Positions 1 to 931 of a DNA stretch of 931 bases are shown one piece after another. Made by a program: the position numbers and the translations under genes. Position 1 is the stretch's first letter; each line of letters starts with the position of its first letter. This DNA is from Escherichia coli (lineage in GTDB: Bacteria > Pseudomonadota > Gammaproteobacteria > Enterobacterales > Enterobacteriaceae), in the NCBI RefSeq assembly GCF_003334255.1, contig NZ_QOWU01000183.1; one strand, written 5' to 3'. The notes below the pieces were generated by a model. It ran no database searches. It had not been told where the DNA came from and worked only from the letters and a program-made list of their open reading frames with translations.

Positions 1-2
1 CG

Positions 3-931
3 ATGGCAATGATGGCGGATCGCTACTTCACCACCAAAAAGGACGGCAAAACTTACTACATTAAACTTCATGATCCGCGCCTGATGCGTGCGATGAAGAA
101 CATGGGGCCGGAAACCAGTAACGCCGTAATCCGTACGCTGGGGAAAGTTAACCGCTTCCTGGCAACGGTGAACACGTCGTATAACCCGGAATTTCTGGTC
201 AGTAACTTCATCCGTGACGTGCAGACTGCGGTGATGAACCTGAAGGCTGAGCAGGGAAGGAGCGACGGTAAACTGAAAGAGCTGGATAACTTATCCGCGC
301 TGGCTGTGGTGAAAGACAGCCGTTCCGCCATGTCAGCCGTATACGCCAGTCTGCGGGGTAAAACCCTCACGGGCAAAGGCGCACAGTGGCAGAAAGTGTG
401 GAAAGAGTTTGTTGAGGACGGAGGTAAAACCGGCTGGTTTAACATGGGTGACCTTGAGGGCCAGCAGAAGGAAATGGATCGCCTTGTGTCGCTGGCGAAG
501 GGCGGATGGAAAGGCCAGAGTATCGGTGCATGGCATTCGTTCCTGAACCTGGTCGAGGATGCCAACGGCGCGGTTGAAAACGCTCTGCGTCTTTCTGCCT
601 ATAAACACGCCCGTGATGCCGGTTTGTCACGCCAGCAGGCGGCGTCTCTTGCCAAAAACATGACGGTGAACTTTAACCGTCGTGGTGAGCAGGGGATGCT
701 GATGAACTCGCTGTACATGTTTGCCAACGCCAGCATTCAGGGGACCGCAAACCTGGTGAGAACGCTCGGACATCTTAATGGCGACGGGCCGTTACCGGAG
801 CGCCTTCGCTGGAAGAATCTCAATGTACCGCAGAAAATCGTGCTTGCAGCTGTGGGAGCGGGTTATCTGCTTGGCTCGCTTAACCGCAGTGTGGCGGGTG
901 AGGATGATGACGGGGTTAACTGGTACGACAA
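3..931 (+). CDS. Partial CDS for a hypothetical protein of unknown function (309 codons visible; 3' end truncated by the window, 5' end undetermined). Translation begins MAMMADRYFTTKKDGKTYYIKLHDPRLMRAMKNMGPETSNAVIRTLGKVNRFLATVNTSYNPEFLVSNFIRDVQTAVMNLKAEQGRSDGKLKELDNLSALAVVKDSRSAMSAVYASLRGKTLTGKGAQWQKVWKEFVEDGGKTGWFNMGDLEGQQKEMDRLVSLAKGGWKGQSIGAWHSFLNLVEDANGAVENALRLSAYKHARDAGLSRQQAASLAKNMTVNFNRRGEQGMLMNSLYMFANASIQGTANLVRTLGHLNGDGPLPERLRWKNLNVPQKIVLAAVGAGYLLGSLNRSVAGEDDDGVNWYD...
   Basis: Seen in sequence: + frame 3 is open from nt 3 to the window end with no stop, while + frame 1 stops at nt 10-12 (tga) and + frame 2 stops within the first ~90 nt (taa). Codon choice is typical of highly used enterobacterial codons, and the translated protein has a plausible globular composition. 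The supplied ORF track omits it, presumably because it has no stop inside the window. Function is not assigned: I cannot run a homology search and do not recognise a diagnostic motif. Confidence 0.85.
   Translation, partial: MAMMADRYFTTKKDGKTYYIKLHDPRLMRAMKNMGPETSNAVIRTLGKVNRFLATVNTSYNPEFLVSNFIRDVQTAVMNLKAEQGRSDGKLKELDNLSALAVVKDSRSAMSAVYASLRGKTLTGKGAQWQKVWKEFVEDGGKTGWFNMGDLEGQQKEMDRLVSLAKGGWKGQSIGAWHSFLNLVEDANGAVENALRLSAYKHARDAGLSRQQAASLAKNMTVNFNRRGEQGMLMNSLYMFANASIQGTANLVRTLGHLNGDGPLPERLRWKNLNVPQKIVLAAVGAGYLLGSLNRSVAGEDDDGVNWYD

Noticed and set aside
3-5. ATG at nt 3 as the true start codon (protein beginning MAMMADRYF...)
   Set aside because: Only two nucleotides precede it, so no ribosome-binding site or upstream stop can be assessed. 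The frame may simply continue upstream, and ATG codons at nt 9 and 12 are equally uninformative. Start left undetermined.
147-152. GTTAAC palindrome, repeated at 915..920
   Set aside because: Six-base palindromes recur by chance at this length; both copies encode Val-Asn in frame, and there is no flanking symmetry suggesting an operator or recombination site.
357-432. Repeated 'ggtaaaacc' 9-mer at ~357..365 and ~423..431
   Set aside because: Both copies encode Gly-Lys-Thr in frame, so this is better explained by the recurring GK motifs of the protein than by a DNA-level repeat.
431-440. Chi-like sequence GCTGGTTT
   Set aside because: It does not match the canonical Chi octamer GCTGGTGG; the related GCTGGCTG elsewhere does not match either.
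18-480. Three GATC (Dam) sites at 18..21, 72..75 and 477..480
   Set aside because: This frequency is about what is expected by chance in 931 bp of ~50% GC DNA; there is no clustering that would suggest a regulatory or origin-like function.
68-565. Minus-strand ORF of 165 aa from the supplied track
   Set aside because: It lies entirely antisense to the well-supported + frame-3 gene. Its translation is rich in Ser, Arg, Pro and Cys with low-complexity runs (e.g. SSSFSLPSLLP), which is typical of antisense shadow ORFs in GC-biased coding DNA. No ribosome-binding context argues for it.
333-608. Minus-strand ORF of 91 aa from the supplied track
   Set aside because: It is antisense within the same + strand gene and overlaps the other two minus-strand ORFs in a different frame; its composition does not look protein-like. 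Most likely a chance open frame.
439-630. Minus-strand ORF of 63 aa from the supplied track
   Set aside because: Short, antisense, with a Pro/Arg/Gly/His-rich translation; explained as a shadow of the + strand gene.

Overview
The whole 931-bp window lies inside a single protein-coding gene on the + strand (frame 3, nt 3..931). It has no in-frame stop, runs off the 3' edge, and may also continue upstream of the 5' edge. I translated it by hand; the 309 codons show enterobacterial-style codon usage (ctg, gcg, aaa, ggc, aac common). The other two + frames hit stops within the first 90 nt. The three minus-strand ORFs in the supplied track all lie antisense inside this gene and look like shadow ORFs. 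I do not recognise the protein confidently. It is mostly hydrophilic with helix-favouring composition, carries a Trp/Gly/Lys-rich stretch, and has one hydrophobic membrane-like segment followed by an acidic patch near the 3' edge. No intergenic DNA, promoter, terminator, RNA gene, repeat array or mobile-element boundary is visible. From this window alone I cannot support a claim of a novel system; the most that can be said is that it is an internal fragment of a large protein of unknown function, with only a weak, unverified impression of a phage or mobile-element origin.
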